Below are positions 49,463 to 62,339 of a DNA stretch of 64,000 bases, in pieces. Position 1 is the first letter of the stretch; the number at the start of each line of letters is the position of its first letter. The stretch comes from Mobula hypostoma (Eukaryota). The position numbers and the translations under genes are program-made. The notes beneath the pieces were generated by a model. It was not told the origin of the DNA. It was given only the letters and a program-made list of their open reading frames with translations, and did not search any database. Location of the stretch: NCBI RefSeq assembly GCF_963921235.1, contig NC_086097.1, forward strand, positions 159,342,001-159,406,000. Direction: 5' to 3'.

Positions 49463-49853
49463 TACATGGGATGTTCTATGTGCCATGGAGATCCAGGAAG
49501 TATACCTGGTCACATCATCAAGAGTTTGGTTTGGGGTAGCAACAATTGTCAGCCTAAAGTGGAAAACCTCACACGATGAGGTTAAAGTAAGCACATGTTC
49601 GGCACAGCATTGTGGACCAAAGGGCCTGTATTGTGCTGTAGGTTTTCTATGTATCAATGGAGCAAAGTGGCAAGAAATTTCATACCCTCATTAAATACAT
49701 GAAAGTGATCTGCACCTGGAAAGTACAACTCTTCACAGGAGTAGATGGGAAGAACTAAGTGAGCTGCCATTCATTGTGAAACACTAAATTTGCAGCAATA
49801 CATTAATGTAATAAGCCAATCATTCAAGTTAATAATCAAAGCAAGTCAATTTA

Positions 49854-50404
49854 CATTCAGTGGCCACTGAGTCTATGTTCCTGGTCTTTTGCTGCTGTAG
49901 CCTATCCCCTCAATGTTTAATGTGTTGTTCATCAATAATGTTCTTCTGCACACAACCATTGCAACACATGGTTCTTTGAATTGCTATTGCCTTCCTGTCA
50001 GCTTGAACTAGTCTGGCCATTTTCCTCTTACTCCTCTCATTAATTTCATCCACAGAATTGCTGCTCAGAGGATATTTTTGTTTCTTGCACCATTCTCTGT
50101 GACTCTGGAGATTGTCGTGTAAGAAATTTACCGAACTCTGGAGACTCGTACATGAAATTTACAGGAGATCAGCAGTTTCTGAGATACTCAAATCACCTCC
50201 TCTGGCACCAATAATCATTTCAAGGTCAAAGTCCCTCAGATCACATATCTTCCCCATTCTGATGTTTGCTCTGAAAAACAACTGGACCTCCTGACCATGT
50301 ATGCATGCTTTTATGTGATAAGTTGCTGCCACATGATTGGCTGATTAGATATTTGCATTAATGAGCAGATGTACAGGTGTACCTAATAAAGAGGCCATTG
50401 AGTG
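49854..50404. mobile_element. Non-autonomous Tc1/mariner-type element
   Basis: The left end TA|CATTCAGTGGCCACT and the right end AGAGGCCATTGAGTG|TA are inverted repeats flanked by TA. Confidence 0.75.
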
Positions 50405-50629
50405 TATGGAACAGAATAAGAGTGTTTTTTTTTAAACATCTGAACTCCTTGGGGCATTGCTTATGTGGATGACCAGAGTCTTTTTCCCACAGCAAGCGTG
50501 TCTAAAACCAGAGGGCATAGTGAGCAGGGAAAGATTTAAAGACCATCCAAGAATTACTACAATGAAATCTTAATCTTTTGAGCATATGACAAGTGCAGAA
50601 AAATATTACACAGAAGTTGTTGGGATTTG

Positions 50630-51072
50630 GGTACCTGTGTTACAAGGGGTAGGCTGAATAGGTTAGGACTACATTTTCTGGAGCAGAGGAGAATGTGGGT
50701 GTACAAAATTATGAGGGGGATAGAGGGTGAATATATGCAGACTTTTCCCCCTCAGGTTGGGTGAGATTAGAACAAGAAGTCATAGGTTTATGGTGACAAG
50801 TGAAATATTTAAGGGAAATCTGGGGGGGGGGGGGAGGAGAGCTACTTCATTTGGATGGTGGTGTGAGTGTGGAACAAGCTGCCAGTGGAAATGGTAGATA
50901 GGGATTCAATTGTAAAATCTAAGAAGTGTTTGGATAGGTACATGGATGGGAGGGATATGGAGGGCTATGGTCTGGGTGCAGGTAGATGGGAGTAAGCAGG
51001 AAAACAGACTGGCATGGATTAGATGAGCCAAAGGGACTGTTTCTGTGCTGTAGTGCTCTATGACTCTATGAC
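50630..51072 (+). mobile_element. CR1 3' fragment
   Basis: RLNRLGL and VWNKLP; tail CTATGACTCTATGAC. Confidence 0.85.
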
Positions 51073-51589
51073 TGCAAATGTATTGATGGCTTCAGACAGC
51101 TGTACTCCACCCTTGAGAGGAGTTTTCCACAACAGTATTCCTGGTCGTTACTGTGGATCCTTGAAGGAATGTTACAGCAGAGTCCGTGCAAACCACAAAC
51201 ACTGGTTTCTGTGGCTTGATTCACTGTGAATTCACTATTGAGATAAATTTTGTGGATTACCACTCAGATAGATGATCTCAATGCCTCCATTTCAAGCTAC
51301 CTCGATGTCATTTTGTTTATCTATTCAAGCACAAAGAAACATTTCCGTGGCTGTATGTGAGTGTGGTTAAGAGTCAAACACATTGCTGAGGCTCCACTGT
51401 CAGAAGTCTGAAAGGCTAGAGAAGGGGCTGGAACAGATAGCAAAGCCCAATACTGTCACTCAGGTAATGGATAAGAATAAGTAGATCTACTAGGACACTT
51501 GAAATAAAGTTGAGTTTTTCTTCACAACGACCCTTGTAATTTGAGGGACCATTTGTTTTATCCCAAAAGCAGAAAAGCTAGTGCACATG

Positions 51590-51656
51590 CAGTACTGTGC
51601 AAAAGTTTTAGGCACCTGAGCTGTATATATGTGTGCAAGAATTTTGCACAATACTG
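51590..51656. mobile_element. 67-bp Tc1-type MITE
   Basis: CAGTACTGTGCAAAAGTTTTAGGCAC ... GTGCAAGAATTTTGCACAATACTG|TA imperfect TIRs. Confidence 0.75.
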
Positions 51657-51864
51657 TACATTAATAATTAAAATTCAGACCTGAAATGGGCTAATATCGA
51701 AAAAGAAGACAAAAAAAAAAGAAAACAGTAAATATCTTAAAATTACAAGTGAAAAACTGAAATCCATTAACCCTCTCAAAACAAGGGGCCAGTAAAAGTT
51801 ATAAATACATGCCCCAAGAGTTCAGGGTGAAAGTATGCTTCAGTTATACAGGTACATTTTAATA

Positions 51865-53489
51865 ACAAGCAAAAGAGATTCTGCAGATGCAAGAAATCCA
51901 GAGCGACACACACAAAATTCTGAAGGAACTCAGCAGATCAGGCAGTATTTATGGAAATTAATAAAAAATTAACGTTTCCAGCTGAGACTCTTCTATAGGA
52001 CTGGAAAGGAAAAGGGGAGATTCCAGAATAAAAAGGTGGGGGTGGGGTGGGGAAGAAGTACAGGCTAGAAGGTGACAGGTGAAGCCCGGTGACTGGGGGT
52101 GCAGGATGAGGTAAGAAGCTGAGAGGTGATAGGTGGAAAAGGTAAAGGGTTGGAGGTGAATGAATCTGATAGGAGAGGATAGTGGATTATGGGAAAAAGG
52201 GAAGGAGGAGAGGCACAAGGGAAGTTGATAGGGAGGTGATGAGGAGAGGGGCTTGAGTGTAAAAATGAAGAAGAGGGAAGAGGAAAGGGGGAGGGGAGAA
52301 AAATAGCAGAAGTTGGAGAAATCAATGTTCATGCTGTTAGGTTGGAAGCTACATAGATGGAATATAAGATGTTTCTCCTCCAATCCGAGAGTGGCCTCAT
52401 CATGGCAGAAGAAGAGGACATGGACCAACATGTCAGAATGGGAATAGGATTTGGAACTGAAATGGTTGGCCATTGAGAAATCTTGCATTTTGCGATGGAG
52501 CAAAGTTGCTTGAGAAAGCAGTCCCCCAATCTATTTTGGGTCCCGACAATTTAGAGGAAGCTGCATCGGGAACTCTGGATTTGGTAGAGGACCCCAACAG
52601 ATTTGCAGGTGAAGTGTTGCTTCACCTGTAGGAATTGTTTAGGGCCCTTAGTGAAGATGAGAGAAGGGATGAATGGACAGGTATAACACTTCTGCCTCTT
52701 GCAGTGTTAAGTACCGGGTGGGAGATTAGTTGGAAGGAATTAATGGACAAAAGAATCACAGAGAGAGTGATTCCTAGGGAAATTGGAGAGTGAGGGGGAG
52801 TTAAAGATGTGTTTGGTGGTAGAGTCCCTTTGAAAATGACTGAAGCTGCATAGACTGATGTGTTGGATGTAGAGACTCATGGAGTGATAGATAACGACAA
52901 AAGGAAGTCTACGCTGTGTTAAGGTGGCGGGAAGATGATGTGAGTGCAGATGTCCGAGAAATGCAGGAGATGTGGGTGAGGGCAGCATCAATGGTTGAGG
53001 AAGGGAAACTGGTTCTTTGAAGAAGGAAGTAGTCTCTGGTGTCCTGTAAAGGAAAGCCTCAGTCCAGGAACAGATGCGGCAGAGATAAAGGAACTGAGAA
53101 AAGGGAGTGCCATTTTTACAGGCAGGAAGAGGTATTTCAATCACAAACAAGAGAAAATCTGCAGATGCTGGAAGTTCAAGCAACACACCACAAACACACA
53201 CGATGCTGGAGGAAGAGGTATAGTCAAGATATCCTGGGAACAGTAGATTTAGAAAAGATTTCAGTAGACAGTTTGTTCCCAGAGATGGAGTTAGAAGATC
53301 AAGAAGGGGGAGAGAAATGCCAGAAATGGACCAAGTGAATTTAAGGGTAGAGTAGAAGTTAGAGGCAAAGTTGATTAAATTGACGAGCTCAGCACTGGTG
53401 CATGAAGCAGCACCAGTGTAGTTGTCAATGTATCGCAGAAAGAGTTGGGGAGACATTACCAGAGAAGCTTGGAACATGCACCGTTCCAA
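51865..53489 (-). mobile_element. Penelope-like element, 5'-truncated (RT C-half, GIY-YIG, terminal repeat)
   Basis: PQLFLRYIDNY (YxDD variant), LKFTWSIS..LPLLDL, PFSQFL and LEEKHLIFHLCSFQPNSMNIDFSNF; the terminal repeat matches 26621-26720. Confidence 0.9.
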
Positions 53490-56400
53490 ATTATGTGTGT
53501 GTTACCTTCTGTTACTGTAGTAACCTACTGGAAACAGGAAGATAGGGCAGCCTTCACTTCAATCAGTTCTTAAAATGTGAATGATTTGGAGCAGCAAAAT
53601 CCCAATTCTTTCTCACCTCAACAGGGCTGGCATTAAGATTGATCTTGAGTGATTTGAGTGCCACCAAAAAAAAATGCTTTTATCATTTTCCCTTCAAAAC
53701 AAACTCCAAATTAATTTTAAATGTTTTCAAATTGTCTCAACATTTTTTAGCATTTGAAATTAATCTTTCATGTTACTTGCCTCACTATTCAAAAGTTTTC
53801 ATTATAGCTCTGTTGGTAATCTGACACTTGACTTTGTTGTGCTCCCATATCACTCTCCTCTCTCAAACCTCTCCCCTTCAAGATTTTTAAGTTTGTAAAC
53901 TAAGTGTGCTGCTGCCACCTAGTTTACAATACAATGTATAGTCATCAAACCTGGGTCATTGTTGAACAAGATATTTGTAGAGAAATAGAATTATATAAAA
54001 TGAGCTGTAATGAGTTTGCCAACTCCTTCAAGAGCAGTACATTTTGACATCACATCACATTTGCTATCTTGATTTCTGATACAAAAGTACTCTGGCTTGG
54101 TCTAACTGAATTACAATAGAAATTTTTGAGACCCAACAGCAATCCTTGTATATTATCGATAAGATCTTTACAATACACTGAATATCTTGAATAAGTAACA
54201 TCAATGTGTTCCTCGAGGACTTGCATTTCAAGATGTCAAACGTTTATTTAGCTGAATAAGTCCTTGTTCAATACCTGCCACTCATAAACACATTAGCAGG
54301 TCTGTATAACCCAATAAGACCAGGTTGACAACAGCCAAAATGGGAAAAGCAGCCTCGTAGTGTGTGTCTACAATATTGGACATTATATCTAATTGTCACT
54401 GGGAATAAATTGTTATTGAATAATTCAACGTACTTGATAACATCAAGCGCAGTTGGAAGTGCAAGGTCTGAAGGTTGACAACCAAAATCAATTGGGTTAC
54501 AAGACTTCTGCTGACTTTATGAATAATTAAATCTCATTTTTTAGGAGCTCTATTATTTAAACATGAATAGATGCCACAGAGAAATACTTTATCAAATAGT
54601 CTTTACAAACTTGTTGACTTGTTCACAAAATTACTGGTATATTCTTAACACTATATTTTGCTGTGTTCTTATTTATAGGTTGGGTGCAAGGAAATTTCAG
54701 AGTCAACTGGCTCAACTTGTTAACATGTGATTTATAGTCTCCTCAAAATATTTCTGTCCCCTCAACTGACGTAAATGTTTTCACTCATCCAGTAGTATCA
54801 TGAATAGCAGAAACAGTAGGGAATAAACTCATCCATATCACCAGTCACTTTGTTAGAAAAATTAATTTTAAATCAACATGTAATGAATGGAATTTTGCAT
54901 CATTTATTTAACAAGTAAGATTTTTGATTTTGTGGTTATAGCTTGTTATCCCCCACTAGCAATGTCATAAGATTATTACACTGGATACGATTGTTACATG
55001 TAATATGTTACTAAACACATGATCATGCTTCACAATAAAGCACATAGAGAAGATGCAATACATAACAAAGTCTAACAAAATAGTAAAATACAAATTAAAC
55101 TCTTATACATTTTAATATCTGTACGGTCTGTTGTACAGTAAATCTCCAATTGTCATTTCAGAAATCTGAATGGTTTGGCATGTGGCTCTTCGGTTAACAT
55201 TTTCCTCTTTTCTCTCTCCATTTAAGGCCATTGTCCCCTCATCCTTGTACCATTCACCAGGGGCCTGATGCCTGTTTCTGTCATTCACTCAGCATCGGCT
55301 CAGTTCCCATGCCCTCCATTCAGATGCTGATGTCTTGTTTCTTACACTTCCCTCCACTTGCTGTAGCCCTGTTCCCATGCTCTCCTTAAATTCAATTCTA
55401 TTCACTTCTCTGCTGTGAAACTTACTGAGATATTAGACCTTCCTTGCTCACAGAAAATTAAAATTCAATTTTAACAAACATAAGGAGATGTTGGAAATTT
55501 GAAATAAAATCAGAAACTGCTGGAAACACTTCTATCAGGCAGCATCTAAGTGGAGAGAAGCAAAGTAGTGATAAACAAGGAGTGAACTCAAGTTAGTATT
55601 TCATATTTCATTTTTCAAAAAAAAGTTGAAAAATGAGGATATTAAGAACAGTGTAAACTGAGGGTGAGCGGGAAAAAAAACATATGCAGAACTTAACAAT
55701 TGCCATAAATCTGAAATAAAATATGTCTTAGTAAATCTGTTTCATCTGTTCTTTGTCCAGTTACACTTCAACGGGACAGATTAATTACCAATAACTAACC
55801 ATCTTGTAGTCAACGGCAGTTCGAGAGTGATATTCAAAATCATCAAAGCACCTAAACATGTCACTGAAACATTTTGGATTGGATTTTTTTTAAATTGGAG
55901 GATGCTTCATGTGATATGTTGTTTGCAATTTGTATTATTATCTTCTCATGTTTTATTGAGATAAACTGCAGTTCTTTACACTTCTCAGATTTAGTATGTC
56001 ACCTTCTTGTGTCTGTGACAAGTTGACTTTTCCTTTGTCTGTCCCTTTCATCTCTGTCATCCAGATTTCCTTTTGACACTCAGGGAGGAACTTTTAATAA
56101 AATCTGATTGATATTATGCTACTTTGTCTCTTGCATTAGTTCAAGGTTGTAGATTTGTTTCTCTCCCTTCCTCTAACCAAAATTCCCATGTGAATCTCAC
56201 TTCTTTACGAACTACAGCCTCCAGTCTCCCAATACAGATGTATGGTTCCAGTATGTCTTCAGATTCCCTGTTACCTTTCATTCTATGCAGAGCCCCTATT
56301 TGCTTAGACTCTTAATTTATTTATCTTTAACCAACAGTCTACAGATTTTGCAGAGAATGTTCAGTGAATTCACTTTGATGTTCATGGTTCCTATTTGAGT

Positions 56401-56879
56401 ATACTCTTTTTGGTTTACATTCTTATACTTCTGTTACTTAACGGTGTAAAATCTGCTTTTATACCCAGGAATGATCCACAGTTTGGCTGTATGAGTGGAT
56501 CAATTTACACGATTGTGCTTTCAAGTGTTATGAGTGTATTTGTACTCTGTTCTATTGCAAGTCCCCCCTCTTCATTAATGATCTACCTATTTTCTTGCTT
56601 TGTATTTAAAGTCAGTTCCCTAGGTTACAAAAGGGTTCATAACCCACACAATTCTTAAATTAGAACAAGTAAGGAGAGGATCACAGAAATGAGCAGGTGC
56701 AGTAAAGGCTTTCACCAACAAGCCTCACTGACTTAGTCAATGAATGAGCCTGTTCGGAGCTCCCTGCTCCATTCAGTTTGACCCAGATCCCAATTGTTGT
56801 GGTTCAGTAGGAGTGGGGTGTTGGGCAGAAAAGGCATACAGAAGATACCTTGTTCCCACAAAAGAAACAGAGAATAAAA

Positions 56880-58415
56880 CTACACCTGTGCTAATTCCTG
56901 CAGCATCTGGTGACTCTGTAATCTCTGGCTCAGAGACTAACATCAGAACATCTTTCATGAGGATGAGCCCTTGCAAGTTGTTGGGCTCTGATGGAGTATC
57001 TGGGAGGAAACTGAAAACCTGTGCCAACCAACCGGCGAGAATGTTCCATGATGTCTTCAATCTCACACTGTTGCAGTTGGAGGTTTCCACCTGCTTCAAA
57101 AAGGCAACAATCATGCCAGTGATCAAGAAGAGTGTGGTGAGCTTCCTCAATGACTATTGCCTAGTTGCACTCACATCTACTGTGAGGAGGTGCTTTGAGA
57201 GGTTGAACGTGGTCAGATTCAGCCCCGGCCTAAGCAAGAACCTGGAACTGCTGCAATTTGCCTATCACTACAATAGGTCTACAGCAAATGCAATCTCACT
57301 GGCTCTCCACTTGGCCTATGACCACCTGGAAAATAGCAATACCTAATTAGGCTGCCGTTATTGATTACAGATCAGCATTCGACACATTCGTACCCTCAGT
57401 ACTAATCAACAAGCTCCAAAATCTAGACCTCTGTACCTCCCTCTGAAATTGCATCCTTCCTCATTGGCAGGTCACAGTCAGTGTAGATCAGAAGTAAAAC
57501 CTCCTCCTTGTTGACAATCAACACTGGTGCACCTCAAGGGTGTGTGATTAGTCCACTACTCTTCTCTTGCTATACTCCTGACTATGTGGCTAAGCACAGC
57601 TCAAATGCATTCTATAAATTTGCCAACTATTATTGGCAGAGTTTCAGATGTGAAATAGAACAGCTGGTTGAGTGATGTCACAATAACAACCTTGCACTTA
57701 ACATCAGTAAGATCAAGAAGTTGATTGTGGACTTCAGGAAGGGGGAATTGAGGGAATACACACCAGTCCTCTTCGAGAGTGATCAGTTTCAAGTTCCTGG
57801 GTGTCAACATCTCTGTAGGTCTATCTTGGAACCTACATATTGATGGAATTACAAAGAAGGCAGTACAGTGGCTATATTTCATTTGGAGTATGAGGAGACT
57901 TGATATGTCAACAAACACTCGTAAATATCTACAGATGTAACACGGACAACATTTTGACCAGTTGCATCACCATCTGGTATGGAGAGGCGACTGCACAGGA
58001 TTGGAAAAAACTGCAGAAAGTTGTAAACTTAGTCAGCATCATCATGGGCACAAGCATCTCCAGCATCGGGTATATCTTCAAAAGATGGTTCCTCAAAGAT
58101 ATGGCATCTATCATTAAGGATCACCATCACCTTGAACATACTCTCTTCTTCATTGCTACCATCAAGGAGGAAATACTAGAGCCTGAAGATACACATTCAG
58201 CGTTCTGGGAACAACTTCCCCACTGCCATCAGATTTCTGAATGGGCAATGAAATCATGTACACTACCTCACTACTTTTTCTCTCTTTCTGTACTACTTAT
58301 TTAATTCATATATTTTCTTAATGTAGCTTATAGTTTTTAATCATGTATTGCAATGTACTGCTGCCACAAAACAACATATTTCATGACTTACGCCAATGAT
58401 ATTAAACCTAGTTCT
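56880..58415 (+). mobile_element. Rex1/Babar LINE (RT to tail)
   Basis: LNDYCLVALTSTVRRCFERL, QFAYHYNRST and TGAPQGCV; tail GATATTAAACC. Confidence 0.9.
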
Positions 58416-58480
58416 GTTTCAAAGCAGTAAGTGCCAGAGCTCTGCAACAGCCAGTAAATCCATTTCCATCCTTCCCACTG

Positions 58481-58950
58481 ATCAGAATCAGAATCAGGTT
58501 TATTACCAATGACATATATAGTGAAAATTGTTTTCTGACAGCAGCATGGTGCAAGACATAAAACTTATTGTAAATTACATAATAAAACAGTGCAAAAGAC
58601 AAATAACAGTGTTCCTGGACAGTTCAGAAATCTGATGGCAGTGAGGAATAAGTTGCTTTTAAATTGTTGAGAGGGGATTTTTCAGGCTCCTGCACCTCTT
58701 TCCAAATGTTAGTATGCAAAGAGGGCATGTCCCAGATGGCGAGGCTCTTTAATGATGGATGCCACCTTCTTGATGCACTGCTACTTGAAGATGTCTATGA
58801 TGGCAGGGTGAATTGTGCCTGTGATAGGACTGGCTGCCTGAACAACCCTCTTGAGATCCTGTGCATTAGAGGCTTCATATCAGACTGTGCTGTAATCAGC
58901 CAGAATTCTCTCCACTTACATCTGTAGAAATTTGCAAGGGTCTTTGGTCA
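58481..58950 (-). mobile_element. Rex1/Babar 3' fragment
   Basis: (GATTCT)n tail on the reverse strand at 58481-58500; homologous to 29402-29950. Confidence 0.8.
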
Positions 58951-60199
58951 CTCCCTTATACATATGATCTCATGTTTATGATCTCCTAAATGCTCATTCA
59001 TATGTACAAGCTGTCTAAAAAACAGGAGTTCAAAACCTGTGGAGGGCCTGTACTGGCTGTACTTTAAACTTTGTAAAGAAATCTTTATCAACACCCCCCT
59101 CGACAAATGGAATATGTGGAATATATAAAGTAAGCAGAAACACATCAGAAACTACTTTGGGCAAAGGTTTCTATATTGGCAGCTATTATGGATATTTAAT
59201 AAAATTCTTAGATACACACGCACATATATATCAAATAAATTTATATATTCCAAAGACAGTACTGATTAATTCAAGCTCTTCCACGTAAAATACTAATTTT
59301 CCTCTTGAGTGCTTATAATCAGATATTAAATTAGGCCAAAGATTTCTCAGGTAATACATAACTTTAAATATTTAAATAAGACTGGTTTGGACAATTTGAA
59401 TGTTCCACAGAATTGGCATCAGCCTATCCTTACACATTGAAACCTATTAATATAGAAACTCCATTTCGTAATTACTACTGGTCATATTCAAAGTAGCTGA
59501 AGGCATTTAAGAGCTATTCCACTGTCTGAATTTAGAATTTACAAGGCATTAAAATTATTGCACATAATTTTTTTTTATTTTTACTCAATATTGAAAATAA
59601 TAGCTAAGCAGATGACTGCATCCTTGAGTGCTAAAAATAGGCCACCAATCAGAATTAAATTGTTCTTCTCAGCTCAGCTGTGATAATAGATTTCGTGATA
59701 CTGTTTGTTCAGAAAATTGGTTAAGATAATATATCATTTCATATCTTTAGTTGTTATAAGCCCTCTTGATGAATCATCAGTACTTCAAAAAAATCCACTC
59801 ATTTGCACTGTTCTGGGAAGTTAGAAATTGGTTAAACTGAGGAAAAAAGCCATTGATTTAATTTCCTCAAACTATTTATCTTTTCTTCTTTACTGCACTA
59901 TATGAAGAAGCTCATAATTGTAATTAATTTTACTTGAAAAGAGTTAATTTACAGATTGTTGTATGAGTGGATGCTTTTGGTTATGATTGTGGTCTAGATT
60001 TTGTTTCTGTTAGCCACCCTTTCCTGATTTTCATGTTTAGGCCTTTCCGATGGCTACGTTACTCAACAAAAGTTTATTGTGTTTGTACAATATTCCATTA
60101 TTACTTCAAGTTGCATTATTGAATCATAACACCCAGAACAAAGAAATTTACAGCTCTGAAAAACATTGTTCAGCTCATCATACAACATACAAATCTTAG

Positions 60200-60325
60200 T
60201 GGTTCAGATGAAGAGTCTGGACCCAAAATGTTAACAGTGCTTTTCCTTCCAACATATGCTGCCTGACCAATTGAGTTCCTCCAGCACTTCGTGTGTTGCT
60301 GCAGATTCCAGCATCTTTAGGTTCT
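60200..60325 (+). mobile_element. Penelope terminal repeat remnant
   Basis: CAGATGAAGAGTCTGGACCCAAAATGTTAAC...ATGCTGCCTGACC..TGAGTTCCTCCAGCA. Confidence 0.75.
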
Positions 60326-61274
60326 TGAGTCTCCTTTCAGCCCATTTTGCCTATCTTAGTAAAAACTAAGCTACCTAGGTAATACCCTTCCTAGAACCTA
60401 GTTCCTAGTCCCACAAGTTATAGCACTTCAACTGCTAATAAGGTAATTTTTAGATATAATGAGGGGTTCTGCTTCCACTGGGGAGTCCTGTGCCTCTATT
60501 ATACTTCAATTAAGAAAAGTTGCTTAATTGTCCTCAAATGTGTTCAACAATTATTTGGTTTGGTGCCCTCTTAGTTATTGATGTTTTAGCTTCAGAGAAT
60601 ATGTCCTTTCTGTTCAACCTGCCTCTATTAAATCTCCTCTCACCTCACTTTATTCCAGAGAAGAGAGGTGAGGTATCAAAAAAAAATCCCCACAAACTGC
60701 TTTATCTAATCTAGAAAAGAGCACTTGAATTAAATTTGAAGCAGTTACCAAAAAGAATGTAATCAGTCTCAGATGTAGCAGCCTCTTAGTTGAACATTAT
60801 TTAGTTTATCATTTGATCAGTACATACAATAGGCACTCATGCCACAGGTGCTCTGTTTTACGTCACTGGTAACTTAATCAAATTTGATCCCAGTTTTCTG
60901 CATAAGTGACTTCTTTCTATATCATAAAAGTGATTCAAAATATACCCCTCCTTCAGCAACACCTCTAATTAAGACTCTACACTTATGTAATTTCATTTGC
61001 TAGTCAGTCCTGTGCTCCCACATCTGCTGAGGCCACTGAATATTCTGTTCAATAGCAAAGGTGTTGAAGAATGTAGGTTAAACTCTTTGGAGCTCAGGTA
61101 CTAAAGGACAACAATACTGTGGACACAAGAGACTCCACTCCAGGTTCTGCCATCTGGAGCAATACAGGGTCTGTTGGAGGAACTCAGTAGGTCAAGCTGC
61201 ATTGGTGGGGAATACTGGATTGGGTCGAAACACTGCTTCAAGACAGCAATATTGGGGCTTAATGCAGGGTTGAT

Positions 61275-61550
61275 GAATTGTTGTCTGTCAAGATGAGATG
61301 ATAAATTGAGGCTATCTGTCTATAAGAGCACAAAGGTCCAGCAGGATAATTTTGAAGAAAACCAATACCTTGGCCAATACTCAATCAGCAACCGTGGATC
61401 TGAACATTAACACGTTGCTGCTTGTTGCAGCTGATCTGTGCAAACTGTCTGTGCAACTGCCTATACCATTGACTACTCCTTAAAAAGTATTTCATTGGTT
61501 ATAAAATGTTACATCCTGCAGGGGAAAAGAACGGTGTTGGGAATGTATCT
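61275..61550 (+). mobile_element. Deu-domain SINE remnant (SacSINE1/AmnSINE1-like)
   Basis: GATGAGATGATAAATTGAGGC, TTGAAGAA, CTTGGCCAATA and AAAAGTATTTCATTGGTTATAAAATG follow the DeuSINE consensus order as I recall it. Confidence 0.55.
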
Positions 61551-61834
61551 GTTTAACAACCAAGGCTTCTTAGAAAGGAGAAAAGCCGGAAATGATGAGT
61601 TAACACGGAAAGCCCTTGGGCCCATAATCTTGTGCTATACTGAATTAGTTAAACACCTAACTTAACTAATTCCTTATGCCTGAAGAATGCCCATATCCCT
61701 CCCTTCTCTGCACATTCATGTGCCTATCTAATAGCACCTTAACTGCTTCTATCATTGTGAAATATCATAGTAGTTAATCACTTAGATAATTTTGCAAAAT
61801 AGGTGACATTTGTTGCTTCTCCTTAAATGAGTAC

Positions 61835-62215
61835 ATGGAACAATACAGAACAAGAACAGGTCCTTTAGCCCACAGTGTCTGACTCGACCATGACACCAAA
61901 TTAAGTCATTCCATCTGCTTGCACGTGGTCTATACCCCTCCATTCCCTGCCATTTCAGGTGTCTGTCTAAATGCCTCTTAGATGCTAATATTCTATTTGT
62001 TTCTACCACTTCCCTTGGCAGCCTGTTCCAGGCACTTACCATTCTCTGTGGGAAAAAAACTTGCCTGATAAATCCTCTTTAAACTTTCTCCCTTCTCATA
62101 TATAAAAAAAGAATGCTCTTTGGCATTTGGTTATTTCTATCCTGGAGAAAAGATGCTGCCCATCTACCTGATATATGTCTCTCATAATTTTATATTCTTC
62201 TATCAAGTTGCCCCA
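61835..62215 (-). mobile_element. CR1 3' fragment
   Basis: MVSAWNRLPREVVE...HLDRHL. Confidence 0.85.
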
Positions 62216-62339
62216 GTTTTAGGCCGATTTGTCAGGAAGTTCTGGAGTAAATTAGGGACTGCAAAATTACAGAACATACAGCAAATAACTACAGATCATG
62301 ACTCTTTCTCTCTGCTATACTGAAGTTTTCTTCCTCAGG

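Noticed and set aside
55900..56700. Possible minus-strand LINE ORF1 relic
   Set aside because: No diagnostic motif could be established.
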